From a bacterium (GTDB taxonomy: Bacteria; UBA8248), in assembly GCA_965202625.1 (NCBI GenBank), contig CBDBBI010000010.1, positions 1,920,001 to 1,984,000 on the forward strand: a DNA stretch of 64,000 nt, in the 5' to 3' direction. Under the pieces are notes generated by a model, which saw only the letters and a program-made list of their open reading frames with translations, did not search any database and was not told the origin of the DNA. This document shows positions 9,362 through 19,225 of this stretch, in pieces (position 1 is the stretch's first letter; every line of letters begins with the position of its first letter). The translations under genes were made by a program, and so were the position numbers.

Positions 9362-10726
9362 CTACAGGCGGCTGAACTCCTCGCAGATGGCAGCCATGTA
9401 TTTCGCCCCGTCAACGAGATGCTCGATTTTCAAGTTTTCGTTCGCGCTATGCGTCCGCGAGGTGATCCGACCCACGCCGGTGGAGGCCAGCGGAATTCCC
9501 AGGTGCTTGAGGACGATCCAGGTCGGCGTGCTCCCGTTGCCAAAGGGATTGATGATGGCGTCCTCGCCATACAGCCTTCGGGACGCGCTCTCACAGGCCC
9601 GCACGATCTCGGCCTCGGGGTCGCTCTTCGCCGGATAGGAAGTGAACAGAAGCGTCACGTCCACGTCCTCAAACCCCAACCTGTCCAGGTGCGCGCGCAC
9701 GCAGTCCCTGATCCTGAAGGGATCCTGGTTCGGCACGAGGCGGCAATCCACCTTCGCCCGCGCGCGGGCGGAGACGATGGTCTTCACCCCCTCTCCGGTA
9801 TAGCCGCCGTCAAAGCCGGCGATGTTGAAAGTAGGATGCGCCAGATGCCGACGGGGCAGCTCCTCGTCCTTCATGTCAAGCAGAAATTTTCTCAAGCCGA
9901 ATTTTTCAATCCGCTCCCGGCCGTCGTAGGGCCGAACGCGCCGAATGAGTTCATCCTCGGTTTCGGTGATCGGCAAAACGTCGTCGTAAAACCCCTCCAC
10001 CAACACGTTCTCATTCTGATCCTTCATGGTGGAGAGCGCCCAGGTTATCCGCCAGGCCGCATTCTCATATATTTGGGCGTTCGAGCTGTGGAAGTCCACG
10101 TTGGCCGTTCTGCAGGCGAGCTCCATATAGCAAAGCCCCTTGTTGCCGAGCGAGAGCACGGGGGTGTCCACCCGCGTGGTGTTGTCCTCCCAGACGCAGC
10201 CGTCGGCGGCGAGCAAATCGCGGTGCGCCTTCACGAAAGGCTCGAGAGAGGGGCTTCCCACCTCCTCCTCCCCCTCGATGAGATATTTTACGGTGCAGGG
10301 CAACTCGCCGCGCACCGCCAGAAACGCCTCGAACGCCGCCAGCCGGCTGACGATGTTGCCCTTGTTGTCCGTCGCCCCGCGCGCGATGACGTGTCCATCG
10401 ACCACCTCGGCGTCGAAGGGCGGGCTGCTCCACTCGGAGAGGGGCTCCGCCGGCTGCACGTCGTAGTGGTTGTAGAACAGGAGAGTTTTCTCCTCCCTCC
10501 CCCCAAGGCGCGCGGTGAGTATCGGGTTGCCCGCCGTCTCGTGGAGCGTCGTCTCCAGTCCCGAGCGCGCCACGCGCGCCTCAAGCAGGGAGGCCATCTC
10601 CCTCACCCCGAGGTCCGTCGTGGAGACGCTCGGCTGGCGGCAGAGCTCCTGCAAATCCGCAACGTAGCGCTCCGCGTTCTCCTCGATATAGGCCAGCACG
10701 GCGCCAAATCCCTTCTTCCGGAGCAT
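9362..10726 (-). CDS. M20/M25/M40 family metallo-hydrolase (dipeptidase/deacylase)
   Basis: YNHYDVQP, ARGATDNKG, EGEEEVGS, HSANEN. Confidence 0.92.
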   Translation of the reverse strand: MLRKKGFGAVLAYIEENAERYVADLQELCRQPSVSTTDLGVREMASLLEARVARSGLETTLHETAGNPILTARLGGREEKTLLFYNHYDVQPAEPLSEWSSPPFDAEVVDGHVIARGATDNKGNIVSRLAAFEAFLAVRGELPCTVKYLIEGEEEVGSPSLEPFVKAHRDLLAADGCVWEDNTTRVDTPVLSLGNKGLCYMELACRTANVDFHSSNAQIYENAAWRITWALSTMKDQNENVLVEGFYDDVLPITETEDELIRRVRPYDGRERIEKFGLRKFLLDMKDEELPRRHLAHPTFNIAGFDGGYTGEGVKTIVSARARAKVDCRLVPNQDPFRIRDCVRAHLDRLGFEDVDVTLLFTSYPAKSDPEAEIVRACESASRRLYGEDAIINPFGNGSTPTWIVLKHLGIPLASTGVGRITSRTHSANENLKIEHLVDGAKYMAAICEEFSRL

Positions 10727-10915
10727 CGCATACCCCTCTATGTCTCTATGTCGTGAAACGCCTGCGGCGCATCGGTTTGATTATCCGCGTGGAACAAGGA
10801 TATGATCTCTGCCTCATACGTTCAACCCGAAAACTCGCATTCGCCCGGCCCTTGGCGGACGCCGCCGGCGTCCGGGCTTCGACGTTTTCAGAATGCGGGG
10901 AAAAGGAGGTCGCTC

Positions 10916-12091
10916 ATGCCGGAAGCTCCTGCGAACACGAACTGGTTCACCTACTTTCCCGAGGACTATCGATGGTCAGCCGCCATCTGCGGCATGGCGT
11001 CGAGCGCGCAGTGGGGCGGGGCCGAAATCGGTGAGATCGACAAGGTCTGTCGCCGTCTCTACAAAAAACTCGGAGACGACGACCTCTGGTTTCAGGAGTG
11101 GGACCGCATGGGCGACGTCGTGCGGGATCTGGGGCTCGACGCCGAGCGCAAAAAGCGGAACCTCTCCGCCGCCTCCCACTACAAGCGCGCCGCTTGCTAT
11201 TACCAGATGGGCGAGCGCTTCAAGACGCCCAAGGACAAAACGGCGGTAGCTACGTTCAAGAAATCGCTCGACGCCTTCCGCCGCTTCACGCACCTGACGG
11301 ACCGGCCCAGAATCGAGGCCGTAGAGGTTCCCTTTGAGGGAAGAAAGAAGTTGCCCGGCTATCTGGCGCACGCCGAGAACACAAAAAGTAGAAAACCCCC
11401 CGTCGTGGTCTTCTTCGACGGACTCGACGTCAACAAGGAGCTGCAATACCTTCGCGGAGTGGAGGACATCGTCCGCCGGGGCATGAGCTGTCTGGTGATG
11501 GACGGCCCCGGCACGGGCGAGGCCATTCGCTTGCGCAACATCTACCTGCGCCCCGACTACGAGGTCGCAGGCTCCGCCGCGCTCGACTATCTCGAAGGAA
11601 GAGACGACGTGAACGCGAAGCGCGCGGGCGTCATGGCCATCAGCCTGGGCGGCTACTACGCCCCGCGCATCGCCAGCATGGAGCCGCGCTACAAGGCGTG
11701 TCTCGCCTGGGGGGCGATCTGGGACTACCACGCCACCTGGAAGAAGCGCATCGACGCCTCCTTCAAGGCGGAGCTCTCCGTTCCGGGCCATCACATCCAG
11801 TGGATTCTGAACGCAGCCTCGCTCAAGGACGCCCTCGTCAAGCTCGAGGGCTTCCGGCTGGATGGCGTGGTACAGAAGATGCAGTGTCCCTTTCTCCTCA
11901 CGCACGGGGAGGACGACAAACAAATTCCGCTCACAGACGCCGAGGCGCTCTTCAACGCCGTCGGCTCCAAGGACAAAACGCTCAAGGTATTCACCGTGGA
12001 GGAGGGCGGCGCCCAGCACTGCCAGCGGGACAACTACGCCATAGGCACGGCCTATATGTTCGACTGGCTCCAGGAGAAGCTGGGCGCGTAG
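10916..12091 (+). CDS. alpha/beta hydrolase, 2,6-dihydroxypseudooxynicotine hydrolase/FrsA-like (paralog 1)
   Basis: GLD, DGPGTGE, AISLGGYYAPR, HGEDD, GGAQHCQ; RBS AGGAGGT before ATG 10916. Confidence 0.8.
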   Translation: MPEAPANTNWFTYFPEDYRWSAAICGMASSAQWGGAEIGEIDKVCRRLYKKLGDDDLWFQEWDRMGDVVRDLGLDAERKKRNLSAASHYKRAACYYQMGERFKTPKDKTAVATFKKSLDAFRRFTHLTDRPRIEAVEVPFEGRKKLPGYLAHAENTKSRKPPVVVFFDGLDVNKELQYLRGVEDIVRRGMSCLVMDGPGTGEAIRLRNIYLRPDYEVAGSAALDYLEGRDDVNAKRAGVMAISLGGYYAPRIASMEPRYKACLAWGAIWDYHATWKKRIDASFKAELSVPGHHIQWILNAASLKDALVKLEGFRLDGVVQKMQCPFLLTHGEDDKQIPLTDAEALFNAVGSKDKTLKVFTVEEGGAQHCQRDNYAIGTAYMFDWLQEKLGA

Positions 12092-12439
12092 GGGCGAAGA
12101 AATCGCGCGGCGGCCTGGTTTTCCGCCTCTCGTTTCCATGCGCCGGAGGCGGCCAGAAGTGGATTCGCCCAGATGCGGCCCGCATCAGGTTTTGCTATGC
12201 CCAACGGCCCCGCGTCGTCCCCGCGTCTGGCGACCCGACTTCACGGACGGGGCGTTTCTACAACGATGACGCGGGGATGGGCGTTGTGATAGGATTTCGC
12301 CCATCCGAAAAATTGCGCGCAGAAAATAAGGTTTTTGAAAAGGGCGTTGTTCAGGAAAATCCGTTTTCTCGACTCTCCTGCGCAATCTCTCAGGAAGGAC
12401 ACTCGTCCTGCTTTTTCATTCTCTCAAGGAGAACGCCTC

Positions 12440-13615
12440 ATGGCCAAAGCCGTTCGCAAAGAACCCTGGTTCGCGTATTTTCCCGACGACTACCGCTGGT
12501 CAGCGGGCGTGAGCATCGCCTGCTCGACCTCCTACTGGGGCGCCGCCACGATGGGAGAGATCGACAGGGTGTGCCGAAGGCTTGAGGGCAAGGTGGGAGA
12601 CGACGACGCCTGGTTCGTCGAATGGACGAAAGAGGCCGACAGGATGCGCGCTCTGGGGCTGGCCGCCGCCAGAAAAAAGAACGCTCTCTCAGCCGCCGCC
12701 CTCCACAAGCGCGCGTGTTTCTACTATCAGCTCGGCGAGCGCTTCAGGACGCCCAAGGACAAGGCGGCGAACAACGCCTATCGCAAATCCCTCGACTCCT
12801 TCGCGCACTTCGCCGCGCTCACGGATTCTCCGCGCATCGAGTGCGTGGAAATCCCCTTTGAAGGGAAAAAGGCACTGCCCGCCATCCTCGTCCACGCGCA
12901 AAACACGCGCAAGGCGAAGCCGCCCGTCGTGGTGTCCTTCGACGGCTTTGACGTCTCGAAGGAAATTCAATACCTGCTGGGCGCCGAAGACCTGGCGCGC
13001 CGAGGGGTGAGCGTGCTGGCGGTGGACGCGCCTGGAAACGGGGAGGCGATTCGCTTCAGAAATCTTTTCTTGCGGCACGACCACGAGGTCGCGGGCGCAG
13101 CGGCACTCGACTATCTGGAAGGACGAGACGACGTGAACGCCGGGCGCGCCGGCGTTATGGCAATAAGCCTCGGCGGCTACTACGCGCCGAGAAACGCGAG
13201 CATGGAGCAGCGCTTCAAGGCGTGCGTGGCCTGGGGGGCGATTTGGGACTACGAGAAGGTATGGCGCGATCGAATCGCCGCCGCCTACAAGACGGCACTC
13301 TCCGTTCCCGGACATCATCTGAACTGGATATTCAACGCGGAGTCCACCGAGGATTCCCTCGAGCGGCTTGAGGGCTTCAAGCTCGACGGCGTGGTGGAGA
13401 AGATGCGATGCCCGTTTTTATTGATTCACGGGGAGGGAGATCAGCAAATATCCCTCGCCGATGCGCGCAAGCTCTACAAGGCCGCAGGCTCGAAGGACAA
13501 GACGCTCCGAATCGTCAAGGGGACGGAAACCGGCGCCCAGCATTGCCAGATGGACAACGTCCCCCCCTATGCGCATGAGATTTTCGATTGGCTCAAGCAG
13601 AAGCTGGGCGCTTAG
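12440..13615 (+). CDS. alpha/beta hydrolase, DHPON hydrolase/FrsA-like (paralog 2, tandem duplicate)
   Basis: Collinear with 10916-12091 along its whole length; AISLGGYYAPR, GAQHCQ; RBS AAGGAG. Confidence 0.8.
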   Translation: MAKAVRKEPWFAYFPDDYRWSAGVSIACSTSYWGAATMGEIDRVCRRLEGKVGDDDAWFVEWTKEADRMRALGLAAARKKNALSAAALHKRACFYYQLGERFRTPKDKAANNAYRKSLDSFAHFAALTDSPRIECVEIPFEGKKALPAILVHAQNTRKAKPPVVVSFDGFDVSKEIQYLLGAEDLARRGVSVLAVDAPGNGEAIRFRNLFLRHDHEVAGAAALDYLEGRDDVNAGRAGVMAISLGGYYAPRNASMEQRFKACVAWGAIWDYEKVWRDRIAAAYKTALSVPGHHLNWIFNAESTEDSLERLEGFKLDGVVEKMRCPFLLIHGEGDQQISLADARKLYKAAGSKDKTLRIVKGTETGAQHCQMDNVPPYAHEIFDWLKQKLGA

Positions 13616-13713
13616 CGGGAGCCAAGGTTTCGCCGGGCGCGCGCCTCGCCTCTCTGGGGAGAGAGGAGCGTGAAGGTGGCGCGTGATCCTCCCCCCTCGC
13701 TGATGCGGCGACC

Positions 13714-14004
13714 TTAATAGTCATTGATGTCGGCTCGGGAGTGACGGCGGCGGAACGCCAGCCGAATCAGTATCGTGGAGACGAGCGACAGACCAGCGAG
13801 CCAAACAGCAATGTCGCGCCAGGTCTCGAGCAGTGCGAGGTCGCCAAACCACAGGTTCCGCTGCGCGAACAAAAGGCCGGCGAGAATCAGTGCGGAAACG
13901 CCAATCGGCAGCACGAAGAAGTCAAAGGCAAGCAGGATATCGGCGCATATCAGGATGATCGCGAGAATCGCCCAGACTTCCGGCAAAAACGCCCAATACG
14001 TCAT
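13714..14004 (-). CDS. short NfeD-like membrane protein (TM part only)
   Basis: VWAILAIILICADILL...F.LPIG pattern, three hydrophobic segments, directly downstream of the SPFH gene. Confidence 0.6.
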   Translation of the reverse strand: MTYWAFLPEVWAILAIILICADILLAFDFFVLPIGVSALILAGLLFAQRNLWFGDLALLETWRDIAVWLAGLSLVSTILIRLAFRRRHSRADINDY

Positions 14005-14008
14005 GACG

Positions 14009-14926
14009 CTAGGCAGGCCCATTCGTCGGCCCTCGGAAGTTTTCCGCAAGCAACTGCAACGAACCGATGACGCCCGTAACGTCGGTGGGTACGACAACCG
14101 TCTTCGTGTTGGACGAGGAGGCGAGTTGACCCAGCGCGTCCACCTGACGCTTCAACACCTCAAAATTGATGGCTGGCTGACCGTTGTCGGCGATCGCCAG
14201 GGCGATAAGCCGGGTTTGTTCTGCATCTGCCTCAGCCCTTACGCGCACCGCGTAGGCGTCCGCATCGGCGGTGACGCGAATCGCCTCCGCCTCCTTTTGC
14301 GCCTCGAACAACTTGGCTTCCGCCGCCAGTTCAATAGCGCGCTTGTCGCCTTCCGCGCGGGCGATGGCGGCGCGGCGCTCGCGTTCCGCATTCAGCTGCT
14401 GACGCTGCGCGGTTTTCGTCTGCTCATCAACGACAACGTCAACGATCGCGGTCGAAGTGATTTCGAGGCCCCATTCGTCCGATTTGGCCTGAAGGTTACT
14501 CCCGATTTCGCGGTTCATCGATTCACGCGACGATTGCAACTCGTCAAGTTCAAGCCGACCCGCCGCTGAGCGCACGATGGACGACGCCTCGGTGTGAAGC
14601 GCCGCATCCACGTCACGGATGCGATAGACCGATCGAGCGCCGTCAACGATCCTGTAAAACACCGTCGCCTCAAGGCTTACTTCGACGTTGTCGCGCGTGA
14701 TGACACTAATCGAAAACTCCGGCAACTGACGCTCCAGAATGGACAGCCGATAGGATATTTTGTCCAGAAGCGGAACAAGGAGGTTCAACCCCGCCCTCAG
14801 CGTTCCCGTATATTTACCGAATCTTTCTACAATATAGACTTCTGACTGCGGAACAATTTTTACGCCTGTCTTGATAACCACCAAAACGAACAAAGCTATA
14901 AGGATAACGAGGATGCCTGCTTCCAT
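14009..14926 (-). CDS. SPFH/band 7 (stomatin-like, QmcA-type) protein
   Basis: N-terminal TM, IVPQ...VERFGKY, ITRDNV, AERERRAAI..AEG coiled coil. Confidence 0.92.
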   Translation of the reverse strand: MEAGILVILIALFVLVVIKTGVKIVPQSEVYIVERFGKYTGTLRAGLNLLVPLLDKISYRLSILERQLPEFSISVITRDNVEVSLEATVFYRIVDGARSVYRIRDVDAALHTEASSIVRSAAGRLELDELQSSRESMNREIGSNLQAKSDEWGLEITSTAIVDVVVDEQTKTAQRQQLNAERERRAAIARAEGDKRAIELAAEAKLFEAQKEAEAIRVTADADAYAVRVRAEADAEQTRLIALAIADNGQPAINFEVLKRQVDALGQLASSSNTKTVVVPTDVTGVIGSLQLLAENFRGPTNGPA

Positions 14927-15018
14927 TGATCTATTTTCCTTCCCGCGATGATTCGCTCTTGCGGCTGTTGAACAGGTCGGTTGCTTCAGGGAAAATCATA
15001 CTGAGACGCCTCGGGCCG

Positions 15019-15948
15019 CTAGTCGGCCAGGCGTTTCATTCTCGGGTCGAGCACGTCGCGCAGCCAATCCCCCAGAAGGTTCACGCTCAGGACGGTGAGC
15101 ATCAGGATGAGGCCCGGAAAGAGCGCTATCCACCAGGCCGTATCCAAGAAGCTCCTGCCGTCGGCGAGCATTCCGCCCCACGTCGGAGTGGGGGGCGGCA
15201 CGCCCAACCCCAGAAAGGAGAGTGCGGACTCGATGATGATCATCCGGCCCAAGTAGAGCGTGGCGATGACGATGGTCGTCGAGGCGACGTTCGGAAAAAG
15301 ATAGACGAACAAAATCCGCAGCGTGCCGCAACCCGTGGCCTGGGCTCCGGTGATGAACTCGTTCTCCTTGATGGAGAGAACCTCCGCACGCACCACCCGC
15401 GCATAGACCAGCCAGGTCCGCAGCGCGATGACGAGAACGATGTTTTGCAGGCTCGGCCCCAGTATCGCCACGAGGCTGATGGCCAGAAGGATGAAGGGAA
15501 CCGCCAGCGCCGTATCGATGATGCGGCTGATGACGGTGTCCACCCAGCCGCCAAAATAACCAGCGAAAATGCCGACCGTGATGCCGATGAGTCCGCTCAC
15601 GAGGACGGCGGCGATGCCGACGATGAGCGAGATGCGCGAACCCCAGATGATGCGGCTCAGAATGTCGCGACCCTGCTGGTCCGTGCCCAGCCAGTACACG
15701 TCGCCCGCCTCGTCCATGTAGCCGGGCGCCTTGAGGTATCGCCCCAAATCCTGAGAGAGCGGGTCCAGCGGAGAGAACAACTCCGGCAAGATGGCGAAGA
15801 TGATGACGAGGCCGACGAACAGCGCGCCGAAAACGGCCGGCGGTCTGCGCCTGAGCTCCTGCATGGCCAACTGAAAATCGGTCGGCCCGCGCTGCACGTC
15901 CTCATCCATCTCAACGTCGAGCGTCGCGGTTCTGTCGTCAACAACCAT
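15019..15948 (-). CDS. peptide/nickel ABC transporter permease (DppC/OppC-like)
   Basis: LGTDQQGRDILSR, ESALSFLGLG, PTWGGML. Confidence 0.92.
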   Translation of the reverse strand: MVVDDRTATLDVEMDEDVQRGPTDFQLAMQELRRRPPAVFGALFVGLVIIFAILPELFSPLDPLSQDLGRYLKAPGYMDEAGDVYWLGTDQQGRDILSRIIWGSRISLIVGIAAVLVSGLIGITVGIFAGYFGGWVDTVISRIIDTALAVPFILLAISLVAILGPSLQNIVLVIALRTWLVYARVVRAEVLSIKENEFITGAQATGCGTLRILFVYLFPNVASTTIVIATLYLGRMIIIESALSFLGLGVPPPTPTWGGMLADGRSFLDTAWWIALFPGLILMLTVLSVNLLGDWLRDVLDPRMKRLAD

Positions 15949-15964
15949 GTAAGGCCCCTATCGC

Positions 15965-16984
15965 TCAGCTGTAGGAGATTCTCGGGTCGAGCCAAGCGTA
16001 AAGTATATCCACCACGAGATTCACGAAAACGAAAACGAACGCGAGCAGCGCCACAGCCGCCTGAACGATGGGATAGTCCTGGTTGTTGATCGCGTCCACC
16101 ACCAGAAAGCCCACGCCCGGCCACGCGAAAACGGCTTCGGTCACCACCGTCCCGCCGAGCAGAATGCCCAGCTCGAAGCCGATCAGGGTGACCACGGGGA
16201 TGGCCGCGTTCTTGAGGGCGTGGCGCACCACCACGAGCCACTCGACGATCCCCTTTGAACGCGCCGTGCGCACATAGTCCATGCCCAGCACCTCAAGCAT
16301 CTGGGAGCGCACCAGGCGCGTGATGCGCGCGGTAGCGTACAAGCCCGCCGTTACGGCCGGCAGTATGATGTAATACCAGGCGTCGAAACCCGACGTGGGC
16401 AGCCAGCCCAGATAAACGGCGAAGATGATGATGAGCAAAAGACCGAGCCAGAAGTTCGGCATCGACTGTCCGAACATCGCGCCGACGGAGCTGGTGTAGT
16501 CGATCCACGTGTTGCGAAAAGTGGCCGAGAGCACTCCGGCGGGTATGGAAACGACGACGGCTATCATCACCGCCACCAAAGCGAGGAGAACCGTGTTCGG
16601 AAAGTGTTCGAGAACAAGGCCCATCGCCGGAATTTCGTGCCTGTAGGAAAAGCCGAAATCTCCGCGAATCACGCCCCTCGTCCTCACGATTTTGGGCGCG
16701 TCGTTGTCGCGCTCCAGCGCATCGACCTTCTGTTTGGATCTTTCGGCCCCGAGCAGGTCGTCCACCAGATCTGAGCCCAGAATGAATTTGGCGAACTGAA
16801 TCGGCATAGGCTGATCGAAGCCCATCTCCTTACTGAATGCCTGAATGTCCTCCTCGGAGGAGTCGAGAGGCATCAAGACAGCCGCCGGATTTCCGGTGAT
16901 TTGGAGCATCGAGAACACGATGAGCAGAATCGCCGCGAAAACGATGAGGCTTTGAAGGCAACGTCTGATGATATACGTGCGCAT
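15965..16984 (-). CDS. peptide/nickel ABC transporter permease (DppB/OppB-like)
   Basis: GDFGFS, PNFWLG, DYVRTARSKG, HALKNA, YAWLDPRI. Confidence 0.92.
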   Translation of the reverse strand: MRTYIIRRCLQSLIVFAAILLIVFSMLQITGNPAAVLMPLDSSEEDIQAFSKEMGFDQPMPIQFAKFILGSDLVDDLLGAERSKQKVDALERDNDAPKIVRTRGVIRGDFGFSYRHEIPAMGLVLEHFPNTVLLALVAVMIAVVVSIPAGVLSATFRNTWIDYTSSVGAMFGQSMPNFWLGLLLIIIFAVYLGWLPTSGFDAWYYIILPAVTAGLYATARITRLVRSQMLEVLGMDYVRTARSKGIVEWLVVVRHALKNAAIPVVTLIGFELGILLGGTVVTEAVFAWPGVGFLVVDAINNQDYPIVQAAVALLAFVFVFVNLVVDILYAWLDPRISYS

Positions 16985-17247
16985 GGCGAAACCCCGGCAA
17001 GAGACGTTTCCGAACGAGCGCATCACCATCTGCGTGAAAACGCCATTATATCCCCTTCTTTCCCTGAATCGTCAAGCGCCGCGTCGCCTTCCGTGAAGCG
17101 CACTTCTCCAACTCCCCTGTCCCGGGAGGACTCATCGCCCCGGCTTCGATGGACAACGTGGACAATCCGCGCTTTCGATCTGTAGGATGGGAGATTGTCA
17201 ACACATGCCGATTTTGATTTTTTCGTCCATGAAAAAAGAGGACTCAC

Positions 17248-18231
17248 ATGAAACTCGCCACTTACAGGAACCTCTCGCCGGGCGCTTCCGGAGACCGACT
17301 CGGAGCCGTCCTAGATGATGGGAGAATGCTCGACCTCAGGCTCGCCTACGCAGGCTATCTCTCAGAGAAAGAGGGCGAAGGGCGTCCCTACGCGATGGCG
17401 AACGCGCGGATTCCCAGGGACATGCGCGATTTTCTCTGTGGAGGGGAGACGGCCCTGGCCGCAGCACGCGCCGCGCTCGATCACGCGGAGGCGATAGTCG
17501 CATCCGGCGGAGAACCGGCGGGGCCAGACGGGGAGCACGCCGCTCTCAAAAACAGGCACGTAAGCCTCAGAGCGCCCATTCCGCGCCCCGGCAAGTTCCT
17601 CCACACCGGTCTCAACTCGCACAAACACGTCGCGAACACGGGCCACGAGACGCCTAAAAACGTTCCAGGCGCCCCTCGGTTCCACACCTCGCTCATCGGC
17701 CACGAGGAGCCGGTGCTCTACCCGAAGCAAACCCGAATGCTCGACTACGAAGTGGAGGTCGCCATCGTCATCGGCAAATACTGCAAGGACGTGAAGCCCG
17801 AGGACGCCTTCGAAGTCATCCTGGGCTATACGGTCTACAACGACATCACGGCGCGCGAGGTGCAACGCTCCCCCGCCCTGGGCGGCGTGTTCTTAGGAAA
17901 GAACTTTGACGCCACGAACCCGATTGGCCCCTACGTCGTCACCGCCGAGGAGGTGCCGAACCCCGAATCGCTGCGCGCGCAATGCCGTGTGAACGGCGAG
18001 AAGCGCCAGGACGAGCGTTTGACCGACATGATCTTCAAGATACCCCAGCTCATCGCCTTCTACAGCCAAATGTCGCTGGAGCCGGGAGACATCATCTCAT
18101 CGGGAACGTTCTGCGGCGTGGCCCTTGAACAAGAAGACCCCGAACCGTTCCTGCTCAAGCCGGGAGACGTGGTGGAGTGCGAGGTCGAGCGCGTGGGCGT
18201 TCTGCGAAACCCCATCCGCGCCCAGGAGTGA
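17248..18231 (+). CDS. fumarylacetoacetate hydrolase family protein
   Basis: LDYEVE, NDITAR, GKNFD, PGDIISSGT, LKPGDVV. Confidence 0.9.
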   Translation: MKLATYRNLSPGASGDRLGAVLDDGRMLDLRLAYAGYLSEKEGEGRPYAMANARIPRDMRDFLCGGETALAAARAALDHAEAIVASGGEPAGPDGEHAALKNRHVSLRAPIPRPGKFLHTGLNSHKHVANTGHETPKNVPGAPRFHTSLIGHEEPVLYPKQTRMLDYEVEVAIVIGKYCKDVKPEDAFEVILGYTVYNDITAREVQRSPALGGVFLGKNFDATNPIGPYVVTAEEVPNPESLRAQCRVNGEKRQDERLTDMIFKIPQLIAFYSQMSLEPGDIISSGTFCGVALEQEDPEPFLLKPGDVVECEVERVGVLRNPIRAQE

Positions 18232-18234
18232 GTT

Positions 18235-19218
18235 TCACCCAGAGGAGAGGGCGAGTGTTTTTCTCGCCGCCGCCAGAATTTTCTCCGCACTGGGCAAGAC
18301 GATTTCCTCGAGTTTCACATGGACGGGAACGGGCAAGTCGAGGGCCGCCACGCGGGCGATAGGCGCTTTGAGCGCGCCGAAGGCCGCTTCTTGCAGCGAG
18401 GCGGCGATCTCCGCCCCCACTCCTCCACTCCTGTGTCCCTCCTCGGCTATCACGCAGGCGCCGGTCTTTCTGACCGAAGCCGCGACGCCCTCCACGTCAA
18501 GGGGATTGATGGTTCTCGGATCCACCACTTCGGCGTCCACCCCCTCCCGGGCGAGTCGCTCCGCCGCCTCCAGGCAATTTCGCACCTGGCTTCCCACCCC
18601 GACGAGCGTAATGTCCGACCCCTCTTTTTTCACCGCCGCCTCGCCGATGGGGATCGTATAATCCCCTTGCGGAACGAGGCCCTCCACGGAGTAGAGCGAG
18701 AGGTACTCCACGAAGAGCACGGGGTTCTCCTCCCTGATGGCAGACTTCAAAAGCCCCTTCGCGTCCATGGGGTCGCTCGGCACCACGACGCGCAAGCCCG
18801 GCACCTGGATGAACCAGGACTCAAGGCACTGGCTGTGCGTGGGGCCGTTCTGGACGCCGCCGCCCTCGGGCGCGCGAATCACAATGGGAACGCTCACCTG
18901 GCCTCCGAGCATGTAGCGCAGCTTCGCCGCCTGATTCGCTATGGGGTCGATCGCCAGCATCATGAAATCGATGCGCCTCATGTCGAGAACGGGCCGGTAG
19001 CCCGCCATCGCGGCGCCGACGGCGGCGCCGGTGAAGCCGAGCTCGCTGATGGGCGTGTTGCGCACACGCTCATGGCCGAATCTCTCGCCCAGGCCCGCCG
19101 TGACGGGAGAGACGGAGGAGAGCGCCACGTCCTCCCCCATGAGGAACACCTTTGCGTCGCGCGTCATCTCCTCATGGAGCGCCTCGTTGAGCGCCGCCGC
19201 GTATGAAATCGCGCGCAT
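18235..19218 (-). CDS. TPP-dependent 2-oxoacid/acetoin dehydrogenase E1 beta subunit
   Basis: GEDV, NTPISE, HSQ, DAKGLLKSAIR, DPRTINPLD. Confidence 0.9.
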   Translation of the reverse strand: MRAISYAAALNEALHEEMTRDAKVFLMGEDVALSSVSPVTAGLGERFGHERVRNTPISELGFTGAAVGAAMAGYRPVLDMRRIDFMMLAIDPIANQAAKLRYMLGGQVSVPIVIRAPEGGGVQNGPTHSQCLESWFIQVPGLRVVVPSDPMDAKGLLKSAIREENPVLFVEYLSLYSVEGLVPQGDYTIPIGEAAVKKEGSDITLVGVGSQVRNCLEAAERLAREGVDAEVVDPRTINPLDVEGVAASVRKTGACVIAEEGHRSGGVGAEIAASLQEAAFGALKAPIARVAALDLPVPVHVKLEEIVLPSAEKILAAARKTLALSSG

Positions 19219-19225
19219 CCCCTTC

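Noticed and set aside
8930-10756. 608-aa plus-strand ORF (likewise 41410-43155, 22199-23701, 19031-20338)
   Set aside because: Antisense shadows of well-supported genes.
17150-17165. TGGACAA direct repeat in the divergent dppB/FAH promoter region
   Set aside because: Too short to distinguish from chance, and no regulator gene is adjacent.
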